Shown here piece by piece: positions 53,901 through 64,000 of a stretch of DNA of 64,000 nt. The DNA comes from Macrostomum lignano (Eukaryota): the NCBI GenBank assembly GCA_002269645.1, contig NIVC01003495.1, positions 1-64,000 on the forward strand. The letters are read 5' to 3'. Below the pieces are notes generated by a model. That model searched no databases and was not told the DNA's origin. It saw only the letters and a list, made by a program, of their open reading frames with translations. Within the stretch, counting starts at the first letter, position 1, and the number at the start of each line of letters is the position of its first letter. Position numbers and translations under genes: made by a program.

Positions 53901-56621
53901 GCCGCTGATGCCGCCACCGCCACCGCTGCTGCCGGCGAGCTTCTCAGCAGCTGCAGGAGCCGCAGTCCGAGTCTGCTGCCGCTGCTGCTGCAGCTGAGCC
54001 TTGGCGTTCTCCTCGTAGTTGTGCAACTCGAGCTGCAAGTTCTGCCTGGTCTGCATGAGGCTGTGCACCGAGCTGGCCGAGTCCACGCCGGTGGTTTCCA
54101 GGAGGGTGGCGCGCAGGTGAGTGGGCACGGGGTCGAAGGAGCGAACCTGTTGATCAAGGAGTGCATCTCTCTGCAGGTCGGCGCTATTGTCTAACAGGTG
54201 ATTGAGGCTATTGTCTAACAGGTGATTGGGGCTATTGTCTAACAGGTGATTGGGGCTATTGTTTAACAGGTGATTGGGGCTATTGTCTAACAGGTGATTG
54301 GGGCTATTGTCTAACATGTGATTGGGGCTATTGTCTAACATGTGATTGGGGCTATTGTCTAACAGGTGATTGGGGCTATTGTCTAACATGTGATTGGGGC
54401 TATTGTCTAACAGGTGATTGGGGCTATTGTCTAACATTTGGTTGGGGCTATTGTTTAACAGGTGATTGGGGCTATTGTCTAACAGGTGATTGGGGCTATT
54501 GTCTAACAGGTGATTGGGGCTATTGTCTAACATGTGATTGGGGCTATTGTCTAACAGGTGATTGGGGCTATTGTCTAACATGTGATTGGGGCTATTGTCT
54601 AACAGGTGATTGGGGCTATTGTCTAACATGTGATTGGGGCTATTGTCTAACAGGTGGTTGGGGCTATTGTCTAACATTTGGTTGGGGCTATTCTCTAACA
54701 GGTGATTGGGGCTATTGTCTAACAGGTGGTTGGGGCTATTGTCTAACATTTGGTTAAGGCTATTCTCTAACAGGTGATTGGGGCTATTGTCTAACAGGTG
54801 ATTGGCACCACTGTCTCTAACAGGTTCGCTAAACCAGCCTCTCACCTCCCCATCAACGCTGACGATGGTCAGCAACTTAGTGCCGTCCTTGCGAAAGTCA
54901 GCAGCCACAATGCCAGCCACAGAGCTGGGAAATTGGTCCTTGAACACGACCTCCCCTGTGCGACAGTTTCTGGCGTCGATTTTTCCGTTAGACCAGCCGG
55001 TGATGAGCTCGGGGACGCCGTCGCTGTCCAGATCAAAAGCGAACACCGCCACCGGTGTGTTCTTTGATTTGATGCGCCACAGGCGGGTCGATCTGACCGA
55101 GAGATAAGGCGGTAATTGCTTAAATTAAACTTGCTCACTACTTAAAAACCCGATTTCTGCTACTTTTAGTAGAGTTCCGTGAAAAAATTTCTTCGTTAAC
55201 AAGTCATTACTTGAACATATTCTCGTGAGCAATAATTATGTGTGTGAATACTGAACAGGTGAATAGCAAAATGTGAACAGTGAATAGCGAAATGTGAACT
55301 GTGAATAGCGATATGTGAACAGTGAATAGTGATGTTGAAAAGTGAATAGCGAAATGTGAACAGTGAATAGCGATATGTGAACAGTGAATAGCGATATGTG
55401 AACAGTGAATAGCGAAATGTGAACTGTGAATAGCGATATGTGAACAGTGAATAGTGATGTTGAAAAGTGAATAGCGAAATGTGAACAGTGAATAGCGATA
55501 TGTAAACAGTGAATAGCGATATGGAAACAGTGAATAGCGATATGTGAACAGTGCATTGCGATATCCCGTGAACAGTGAAGCCATCACAACAGAAACTGTG
55601 TATCACCTCTCATAGACGCCCACAGTGCCGTTGGCCAGCCCGTAAGCAAACATGGGGCCCTGAATCGCGCACAGGCAGCTGACTACCTCGGTCTCAGTGA
55701 TCTCCTGCACAATCTCGTCGTCCTGAAACACTCGAATCTCGTAGTCTTCGCTACCGACGAGCAACTCGTTGCCGCCACTGCCAAGAAAGTCACACAGTGA
55801 CAGGCTGCTCACGTTGTCGCCAGTCACGCTCCAGAAAACGTCGTTTCCCGACCTGGGAAGGGAGAGGCGGGTCAAGCGCGCAGCTCACTTAGGTCAGAGG
55901 ACCTGAACTCGATTCTTAGAGTAACGACACTAATCCGTGCCAACGCCAATCCTCGGGAAAAAATCACTTCATTTCTTGGAAATAGTTTTCAGAGCTTGAG
56001 TTTAAAATATTTCCAGACCGTTTCTAAAAATAGCATGGAAAGCCTATCCAGATCACCAGTCTAGTTTCTAAAAATAGCAAAGGGAATCTCCGTTTCTAAA
56101 ATTAGCATCGGAAAGCCCCTTTCTAGCCCGAACCTGTCGTATCCAGTCAGCGAGCAGTTGCCGCCAACCAGCGCCAGCTGCCCGACGCCGGACTGGCGGC
56201 CAAGTCTGCCAACGACAATGGCGCTGACACCGTCAGGCGCGTCGCGAAAAAATGCGTCGGCATTGTTGAGCACATCGTAAGCCAGACAGGAGCCGGCGCT
56301 GCCGACCAGCAGTAGGTCCTGCATCGGTGAGGTTGCCGGCTCGCCCAACCGGCCGGCGGCCAGCGCCGTCACCGCCTGGCCCATGTTCAGCAGCATCACG
56401 TCGGCTGCGCCGGCTGCGGCCACCGGCTCCGGGCGGAGGACGCGGCTGCTGGAGCCACCGGATTTGGCGCCAGCGCCGGCGCCGGGACCGAGGAGCATGA
56501 TTCGGCCGGCCGGGGCAGCACAAGCCAGGGTGTCCGAGCGGCCATCGAATCGGCCGACAGTCACGCAGCGGGGGATGACCTTCTGCGGCAGGCGCGTCTG
56601 GTAGCTTGGCACGACTGGCAT
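50982..56621 (-). CDS. BBS2: Bardet-Biedl syndrome 2 protein (BBSome subunit), ~761 aa; exons 56621-56134, 55852-55607, 55092-54846, 54146-53850, 53384-52875, 52278-52007, 51207-50982
   Basis: [117 protein letters not shown]. All six introns are GT-AG and phase-consistent (2286 nt). Confidence 0.95.
51238..51615. repeat. 22-bp minisatellite (GGAAATGAGCCCCAATGCAGCC), BBS2 intron 6
   Basis: Direct. Confidence 0.95.
51698..51985 (+). mobile_element. tRNA-derived SINE family B, most complete copy, antisense in BBS2 intron 6
   Basis: A-box TAGCCCAGCGG, B-box-like GACTCGATTCC, then a body shared with two other copies. Confidence 0.75.
52390..52860. repeat. 30-bp minisatellite (ATGAGTCAGGAGTAGTCAGCTAGAATAGAA), BBS2 intron 5
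   Basis: Direct. Confidence 0.95.
53410..53835. repeat. 16-bp minisatellite (TAGGGAATGTGACATG), BBS2 intron 4, split by a hairpin insertion
   Basis: Direct. Confidence 0.95.
53551..53706. mobile_element. Foldback / MITE-like inverted repeat with ~63-bp arms
   Basis: GCGCAACCTTGGGATTCACTCGGCCGTTTCTATTGGCAACGCACACATGTAAGTCGCTATTGG pairs with its reverse complement at ~53644-53706 with few mismatches. Confidence 0.75.
54185..54800. repeat. 24-bp minisatellite (GGGGCTATTGTCTAACAGGTGATT), BBS2 intron 3
   Basis: Direct; reads (NHLLDNSP)n on the minus strand. Confidence 0.95.
55255..55570. repeat. 21-bp minisatellite (GTGAATAGCGATATGTGAACA), BBS2 intron 2
   Basis: Direct. Confidence 0.93.
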
Positions 56622-56760
56622 GGCTGCAGTGGCGGATGAAGTCAAATTTTAGATTTAAAGTAATTTACTGCTTGATTAAGAATACTTTCTACTCTTTTTA
56701 AGACTCATATTTTTAAAAAACTCAAAAAGCTACTAAAACTATGTAAATTAAATATAAAAC

Positions 56761-57864
56761 CAGTGTTGGGCACTTCCGTTACCGAGTAACTTGCAAATGG
56801 TAACGCAAGTTACTTTTTCGTAAAGCGTTCCTTACGCAAGTTACTTTTTTATTTTAGTAACGGAGTAACGGTAAGTTACTCAAATTTCGGAAGTCCGTTA
56901 CAGTTACTTTGCAACAATCGCAATATTTAAATTAAAAACTGAAATGCTTAGCTAGTACGCCGGTTGTCACATGTTTTTGCATTTTTCATTCATAAATTCA
57001 AAATTAAGTGAATAGTATCATATGGTATTGCGTTTAATTAATGAAGAAATACTTGAAACATGTATTACTTTGTTAATATTGGTAAAATATTTTCGCCTTT
57101 CATTGAGGCTTTTCATATTACCAATTCCAGAATCAGAATCGGTTCGGATCTTCCAAGAAAAACAGCAGTATAACTATTTAATTCTGTTGAATGTTTGACT
57201 GCCTTAACAACCTCACATAGCACAATTTTTCACTTTCTTCTTAGCGATTTTCATTCAATAATAAAAACTTTATAGCACGTATCTCCCTCTAGTTATGGAG
57301 ACAAAAATTTATACTTCACAAATTGGTTCTGATTCTGGAACCAGAACTAGCTATATGAAAAGGCCCATTTTCGTTACTAAAAATTTTCAAGTTTGATTCA
57401 AACAAACAACCAAAGAAAGAAATTCATCTGTAGCCTCCACAAGTCCCTCCACTGGCACTGCAGTACACTACACCATTTTATACAGTTCTATTTATTTTAC
57501 TCTATTGAATTATTGATATTCGTTTATTTTATCATTTATAATTTTAATTATTGATTGCCATTGCCCATTGGTCCTTCTATTTGCCTCACATCGTGTCGCC
57601 AATTCCTGTCTCTGTCTGTTAATCGGTTAATCCCAATGCCCAATGGCAAATTTCGGTAACAACAATGTGAAAAAATGTGCAATGTGAAAAAAGCAGAAAA
57701 TTTTGTTAATAACATGGGTAACGGAAGTGAGTAACGGACAGTAACTTAAAAGTTACCAGGTTTTTGTCTAAAGTTACTAGGCTAACGTAAGTTACTTTTT
57801 AAAAATTGGTAACTTAAGTTACAGTAACGCAAGTTACTTTTTTTAAGTAACTTGCCCAACACTG
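56761..57864. mobile_element. Non-autonomous hAT-superfamily DNA transposon, 1104 bp
   Basis: TIR CAGTGTTGGGCA / TGCCCAACACTG, perfect 8-bp TSD TATAAAAC on both sides, many subterminal GTAAC/GTTAC motifs, no ORF. Confidence 0.9.
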
Positions 57865-60019
57865 TATAAAACTATATATAAGCATAATATTTCTTCATAC
57901 CTTGCTCTATATCATGCCTGTATTGAAATGTATTAATGTAGCTAAAATTGTTATTAAACAGATTTTTATTAAAAGAAATAAAAAAAATTGTCAAGATAAA
58001 TGATTGATCAATGTTCTACCTTAAAAATAAAACTTTTGCCATATTTTATTGCAGTCTTTAAAAAAGTTTTATATTTGAGAGTTGATAATTTAATTTAGAG
58101 TGAGAATCCCTAGGTTTTAGGTTTGCAATAAAATTAAAATGGAGAAAAAGTAGTGTGTCAGTATCATTTACTTTTAATATTAAATTTTCAGCTGACTAAG
58201 TAGCAGAATGGCATAAAAGAAATACAACCTTAACGCATCAGCATTTATAAAAAGTATGAATCATCCTGATTTAAATCATGTCCTTGTATCACAATGGAAG
58301 AGTATGCTATATTAAGTAATATCTTATCTATAGTGCTTTTTTAACTTAAATACTTTTGTCCTACTAAAAGCTTAACAGAGCATCAAAGAATATTTTTAAT
58401 AATAAAAACTTTTCTATATTTAAATACAACTTAGTCATTCCACTCATAAAGAGCTTCTAGAATTTTAAATGGCATAGAGAATTAGAGATTAAGTATTTGA
58501 TACTCTTAATCTAATTATGATTTCATAAATTGTTAGGATATAAAATAAAATAGACTGAAAGCACAAAAAATATGCCAGCATTAATTTACTATTTATAATA
58601 ATAATATAACATCTAAAACGGAGGTTTTTATCATCCAACTGTAGAAGCTAGAGGAAATTAAACAAGTATGTATATGACACCCATAGATACATATAATTTA
58701 CTGAAATAAAAATTATTTAATGAATTTTACGTGTAAAAGGTTTTATCTCTAAGACGTTTCAGAGGACGCGTTCAAAATTGTAAAGCTCATGCACCTGTGT
58801 ACTTGTACCTCTAGCTAGACTATAGAGTCTACTGTGCAGGAAAATTGTTAAACCAGTAAACCTAGCGGTAAATTATATCCGTTAGCAAAATGTTTTAATT
58901 CTTTGTTGCTAGTAAAGTCTAAACTTCATTTAAGGAGCCACTTCCAACTTTTTAATTTGCTAAATATTTAACGACGAATGCCTGCACCATACTGTACTGC
59001 CTTCGGAGTCCTATGTAGACGTAGAAAAAACATTGATCATTTAATACGAAACATAATGCACATTAAATATGTTAGACAAAGCATAAATTACATAAAGTAA
59101 AATTGTGAAGAAAACTTATTTTGTCATTTATGCAACAAAAACTTTATAGTTTTAATAAATCACTGAAATTTGTCAAAAAGCAATAAAGATCAAGGCGTAC
59201 ACTTTGTTTTTATGTTATTTTTTTAAAGTCCGAAACAAAATATGCATTCGCATTCGAAAATTATATCACAAACAACCGCTAGTAGCATAGTAGCTAGCAA
59301 ACAAGCTAGTCCTTATATATTACTTCAAATATTTTAGTAGTACAAACTAAAATTTGGTCTTTCAACATTTCGTGGAAATTACACTTACTTTAGCTTCACG
59401 TCTACATTGAATATTAAATGCGTCGGAAAAATATTTTCATTGTCTTTAATTTCTTGCAATTACTCTACATGTTTTGGAATTATTCGTCTGAATTTTCCTT
59501 ATAAAATTTTCATAGAATGTATATCGTAGTTAGTGCAGTTCAAGTTTTCAGAAACAAACAATAATCCAAAGGAACAGATATGCCTAAAACTTGTTAACGA
59601 AATGAATACAGGACAATTTAAGTCAATTGGCAACAACGTTTAATTCACCGAATTGAAGCAAGTCTAGTTAATATTGCAGTGATAGATACCATTTTAATTA
59701 TGCTTAAAACGAAAAAAGAAGCTATAATTTGTCATTTGTGCATTAAATGGAATTCGCTTTCAAACATGATTAGTACATAAACACATATAGGCACTGTTAG
59801 GGATACCTTAGTTTTACATGCAATTTTATGAATAATAAATTTATGAGCTATAGAAACAAGAGCCTTTTGGTGAATAAGTAAAACTATTTCTACAAATGCC
59901 ACCATAAAAGCTTAAAAGAGTCTCGTCGAATTTACTAATCTCAACTTTAAGCGTTCTTGGCAATGCTCTGTAGAACCTAATTTAACTTACATTTAAAACT
60001 AAGGAAACAAGTCTGCAAG

Positions 60020-63000
60020 TCAAGCGGATGACATGAGCTGAGAAGCTGAGCTAGTGGCGCCCAGATCCGTGATAAATCCAGCTGCCAGTACAAACTGCAG
60101 ATACTGCACCAGCAGCACAGCTGACGAGTCAATGAAATACGACTCCTGATCGTACAGCTTCAGCGCCGACCGGACCAGTTTAACAAATTGCGCGCCATAC
60201 CGGCGCCACATGCTAGCTCCGGCGACCTCAAGCACCGAGTGCAGAGTGGCGCAGGTGAGCAGGTGGCTGTGCCGGCCTGTAGCAGACAGGCGAACCAAGC
60301 CGGCTGCCAGGCTCCACATGTGATTCAATGAGAACTCTTTCGGCCGGGAGAAACTGCCCATCAGAGGGGGAGCGCAGAACAGGGCGGCGTAGAGGCGGCC
60401 GAGAGAGCGGCAGCGCATCACTCGATCGTCCAGTTCACGGCCGGCCTCCCAGTCTGGCGGGGGCGGATGCGGCAGCAGCAGGGGACACTGGGCTAGGAGG
60501 AAGCTGAGCAGCATTGGTTGGAAAGCTTTGCTGCATGAGCACAGCATAGCAGTGGCCATGGCCAGGCTCTGGGCGATGCGCAAGCAGAACAGGTGATCGG
60601 CGCCCTCCTCATCCGGCCGCAGCTTGGCCGGCTCGCTGAACTGATCCTCGGCTTGCATGAGCAGGCACTCGCAGTAGGTGTACATGGCGAACTGCTCCCC
60701 GTTTGGCACCGAACGAATGCTGCTGATTTTACGCTGCTGATAAAACGACACGAATGGCTCCATGCTGAATATCTTCAATAGTAGCAGCATCGTCTGGAAT
60801 AATTCATTCATTGGAATGGAATAATATTTTTAATGGGGGCGTTTCACAAGCTCGAAGTTTCACAAGCTCGAAGCTTCACAAGCTCGAAGCTTCACAAGCT
60901 CGAAGCTTCACAAGCTCGAAGCTTCACAAGCTCGAAGCTTCACAAGCTCGAAGCTTCACAAGCTCGAAGCTTCACAAGCTCGAAACTTCACAAGCTCGAA
61001 GCTTCACAAGCTCGAAGCTTCACAAGCTCGAAGCTTCACAAGCTCGAAGCTTCACAAGCTCGAAGCTTCACAAGCTCGAAGCTTCACAAGCTCGAAACTT
61101 CACAAGCTCGAAGCTTTACAAGCTCGAAACTTTACAAGCTCGAAGCTTCACAAGCTCGAAACTTTACAAGCTCGAAGCTTTACAAGCTCGAAACTTTACA
61201 AGCTCGAAGCTTCACAAGCTCGAAGCTTCACAAGCTCGAAGCTTTACAAGCTCGAAACTTTACAAGCTCGAAGCTTCACAAGCTCGAATGCGTGAAACAG
61301 CAATAGAAGTTTTCATGGCTAAGCGCTTCCGAATTTAAGAGGTTTTTGGTATACTTAGTAAAACAGCTTTCTACTTTCAGTTCAGTAGTAAGGAAGAATA
61401 CCGTAAGCTATATTATGAAATAAAAGACAGGCAGCTGAAATGACTTTGATAAGTTTAGAAGCCAAGCTTGCAGATGTAAACAACTTGCTACTGGGGTAGC
61501 TGTTATGTACATTAGCCAACGGCGCTGAAATGTACATGGCAGGGCAATAAAACGGGGAGAAATGCAATAAACTTGAATGGCGGGGGTGGGGTAGAGAAAG
61601 ACGCGGTGCGGTCTGAGGGGTTCAAGCTGAGGCCTGGGGGGGTAAGAGGGTCAATAACCGATTCTTGCCCTAAAATACATTAAAATGCTTCTATTAAACT
61701 TACTACTGAACTGAAAGTAGCTTGCACGCAAATGTTCCGAGTGGCCCAATTAGTTTTTTGTTATCTGTACCAAGGACTTTTAGTGCTCTTAGTAAAAATT
61801 TTCTGGCTAACTTTCTTTTAGAGAATTTGAATTCAGATCCTCACTACTTAAAGGAGTATATTTAAGTGGCGATCACATTAATGGCAATCCATCTAACCTG
61901 CTGCTGACGCTGCCTCATCAGTTGGGGCTCGTCGGAGGCGCAAAACTGGGCTAAACGATTTTGTAGCGTGGTCTGAATGGCCATTTTGAAGGTCATCAAT
62001 TCGGGCGTGGCGCCGTTTATCAAGTCGGTCAGCTGGGCGCGCAGAGTTGCAAGCTTCTCGCGACACTTGCGCCAGCGCCAGCCGCTGTCAGTTGAATTGT
62101 TTGCGCCGGGGGCGGACTGGGCGGGTACAGCGGCTGAGGGGGCGGGTACAGCGGCTGAGGGGCCGGGTACAGCGGCTGAGGGGGCGGGTACAGCGGCTGA
62201 GGGGATGGGTACAGCGGCTGAGGGGGCGGGCACAGCGGCTGAGGGGGCGGGCACAGCGGCTGAGGGGGCGGACACGGCAGCTGGCAGAGCGGAAGTGACG
62301 TAAACAGCTGGAGGATCATTTCTGCTGTTTGGCTCCTGAAAGCAAATAAAGCAATAAAATGGATTTAGATGGAAATACGAGCAATATTCCATAAAATTAA
62401 AATGTGACTCAAATCTGTCACTTCTGTAAAAGATAAATCTACAAGCTGAGAAGTGACAACCGCGAAAATCTAAGATAACTGATAATTGACTACACCTGCC
62501 CTTATGGGCCAGATGTGCAACCGACAGCTCAGCCGCCGCTATTGCGCGGCGCATCTGAAGGCTGCGTACGGCTGTTGAGTCCAAGGACTGGGGGGTCGCC
62601 ACACAGCCTCAATTACCCCAGCTAATGCTGGCACCCATTTTACAGCAGGGTGAACTGAAGCAGTGCAGAGTTAAGTGTCTTACTCAAGGACACAAATTGT
62701 TTCGAGTGGGTCGAGAATCGAACCCGCAACCTTTCAGTCGTGAATCCGACGCTCTGACCACTGGGTTACAGCTCAAGATTCTTGTAAACCTCGATACTGT
62801 GACACTATTGTGATATTCTTAAAGAGAAATTCCAAATCCTCAAATATAAACACAGATATTTAAGGGACATCCCAGATCCCGAGCCAAGCTTCAACTTGGC
62901 AATCCCAGAATACCTCAGCTTTGACCTCTCTCGATGCAGCGGCGGCTGCAGCTTCAGCGGCTGCGGCTTCGGCGGCTGCAGCTTCAGCGGCTGCGGCTTC

Positions 63001-63403
63001 GGCGGCTGCAGCCTCGGCGGCTGCGGCTTCAGCGGCTGCGGCTTCGGCGGCTGCGGCTTCGGCGGCTGCGGCTTCGGCGGCTGCGGCTTCGGCGGCGGCT
63101 GCAACAGCAGCAGCTTCAGCGGCGGTGGCGGCAGCTGCAGCGGCTTCATAGAAGCGCCGGGCCTCCCTAAGCTCGCAGTCGGTCAGGCCGGACTGCACAG
63201 CCAGGCGGTACAGGCCCATCCGGGCTTCGCTGAACTGGTCCGACAGGGTGCGCCAACCTTCATCAGTGTCAGCGCCGTCCGGCGGCTGCGGCCGGGCAGG
63301 AAGCGACTCCAGCAGCCGCTTGGCCTCGGACAGGTTGGCTCGGCCGCGCTCAGCCGCCCGACGTTCGGCCGCTTCGGCTGCCTCAATGGCGGCGAGCTCG
63401 GGA
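60020..63403 (-). CDS. GLE1: GLE1-like mRNA export factor / nucleoporin, 5' end unresolved; exons 63403-62926, 62335-61898, 60736-60020
   Basis: FKMAIQ..., VPNGEQFAMYTYCECLLMQAEDQF, LLAQCPLLLP, RCRSLGRLYAAL, LNHMWSL, ATLHSVLEVAGASMWRRYGAQFVKLV resemble the GLE1 C-terminal domain; upstream coiled-coil; phase-consistent introns. Confidence 0.8.
60843..61290. repeat. 16-bp minisatellite (GAAGCTTCACAAGCTC), GLE1 intron
   Basis: Direct. Confidence 0.95.
62590..62770 (-). mobile_element. tRNA-derived SINE family A with CORE (MIR-like) domain, in a GLE1 intron
   Basis: Minus strand: CAGTGGTCAGAGCG A-box, GGTTCGATTC B-box, then GTGTCCTTGAGTAAGACACTTAACTCTGCACTGCTTCAGTTCACCCTGCTGTAAAATGGG. Confidence 0.8.
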
Positions 63404-63699
63404 CTTCAGGTGGGCGAGTGGGGATTATCATTGTGCGGATTATCGTACGAGCGTAAAATTCTGAAATCCCTGATTCCCAAAATCCTAAGTTTAACGACAG
63501 AGCAGCTGACTCAGAGTCTGAACAGAATTGCCGTCATCGCGCTGGCTGTGTCTGTGGGACGACGAATGCTTCCTTTCTTCATACTGTCATTTGAACCACA
63601 GCTTAATTCCAGGGACAGGCATTTCACACAGACTTGAAACAGCCATAAATCAGTTTTTCTTCTTCTTTCTAATTTGGGTTAGGGTTATAAGGGGTTTAT

Positions 63700-63960
63700 G
63701 CTAGGCTCGATTCCAAGTGCAGTCACATTAATTTGGGGCTAAATTGGAATCTCGGCTTGGCTCTGCTCGTGCAATTAACGCCCTTGAGGGCCAGCCCCCA
63801 AGGCACAGTGAAGTGTACATGTCCAACGACAAAAAAGTCAAAGCCGCTGTGTACACTCCTGTGTGAGTGTGCTGTGCGTATCCGCGCGCTCTTGTGCATG
63901 GGCAGCAATGCCTCTTGCTTAAAGTGCGCCATGGGTTGAGTCCCTCACCAATTCGCCTCG
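63700..63960 (+). mobile_element. tRNA-derived SINE family B, 5'-truncated copy
   Basis: Begins at GGCTCGATTCCAAGTGCAGTC; body homologous to 51698-51985. Confidence 0.7.
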
Positions 63961-64000
63961 CGCTCATCCACCCGACTGCGTTGAGACGCCGCGGTGGCTG

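Noticed and set aside
57900-60000. AT-rich stretch, weakly similar to 16900-17600
   Set aside because: Similarity is too patchy to separate from compositional bias without alignment
62700-62770. Possible functional tRNA gene (also 3015-3090 and 51698-51770)
   Set aside because: No clean acceptor or anticodon stems, and each continues into a shared SINE body

Overview
This is eukaryotic genomic DNA, not prokaryotic. GC-rich, Ala/Gly/Gln-rich exons with GT-AG introns, an innexin and very dense 10-45 bp minisatellites point, by inference, to a free-living flatworm such as Macrostomum. Reconstructed genes: purple acid phosphatase ACP7 (-, two 1-nt frameshifts); an orphan 2-exon gene (-); an intronless innexin (+); an Egalitarian-like gene with three winged-helix repeats, a cold-shock-like fold and a putative LC8 motif (+, 4 exons); an orphan multi-exon gene (+); an intronless ankyrin di-repeat gene (+); an atypical class A GPCR (-); BBS2 (-, 7 exons); and GLE1-like (-, 5' end unresolved). 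Most longer introns carry their own minisatellite, and 37-49 kb is a block of purine/pyrimidine-skewed satellites. Mobile DNA includes two tRNA-derived SINE families (one CORE/MIR-like), several hAT-type non-autonomous elements with 8-bp TSDs, a ~155-bp hairpin insertion and a decayed Crypton-like fragment. No rRNA, intact tRNA or CRISPR array is supported. Most long ORFs in the supplied track are translations of repeats. All family assignments come from motif recognition, not database searches.
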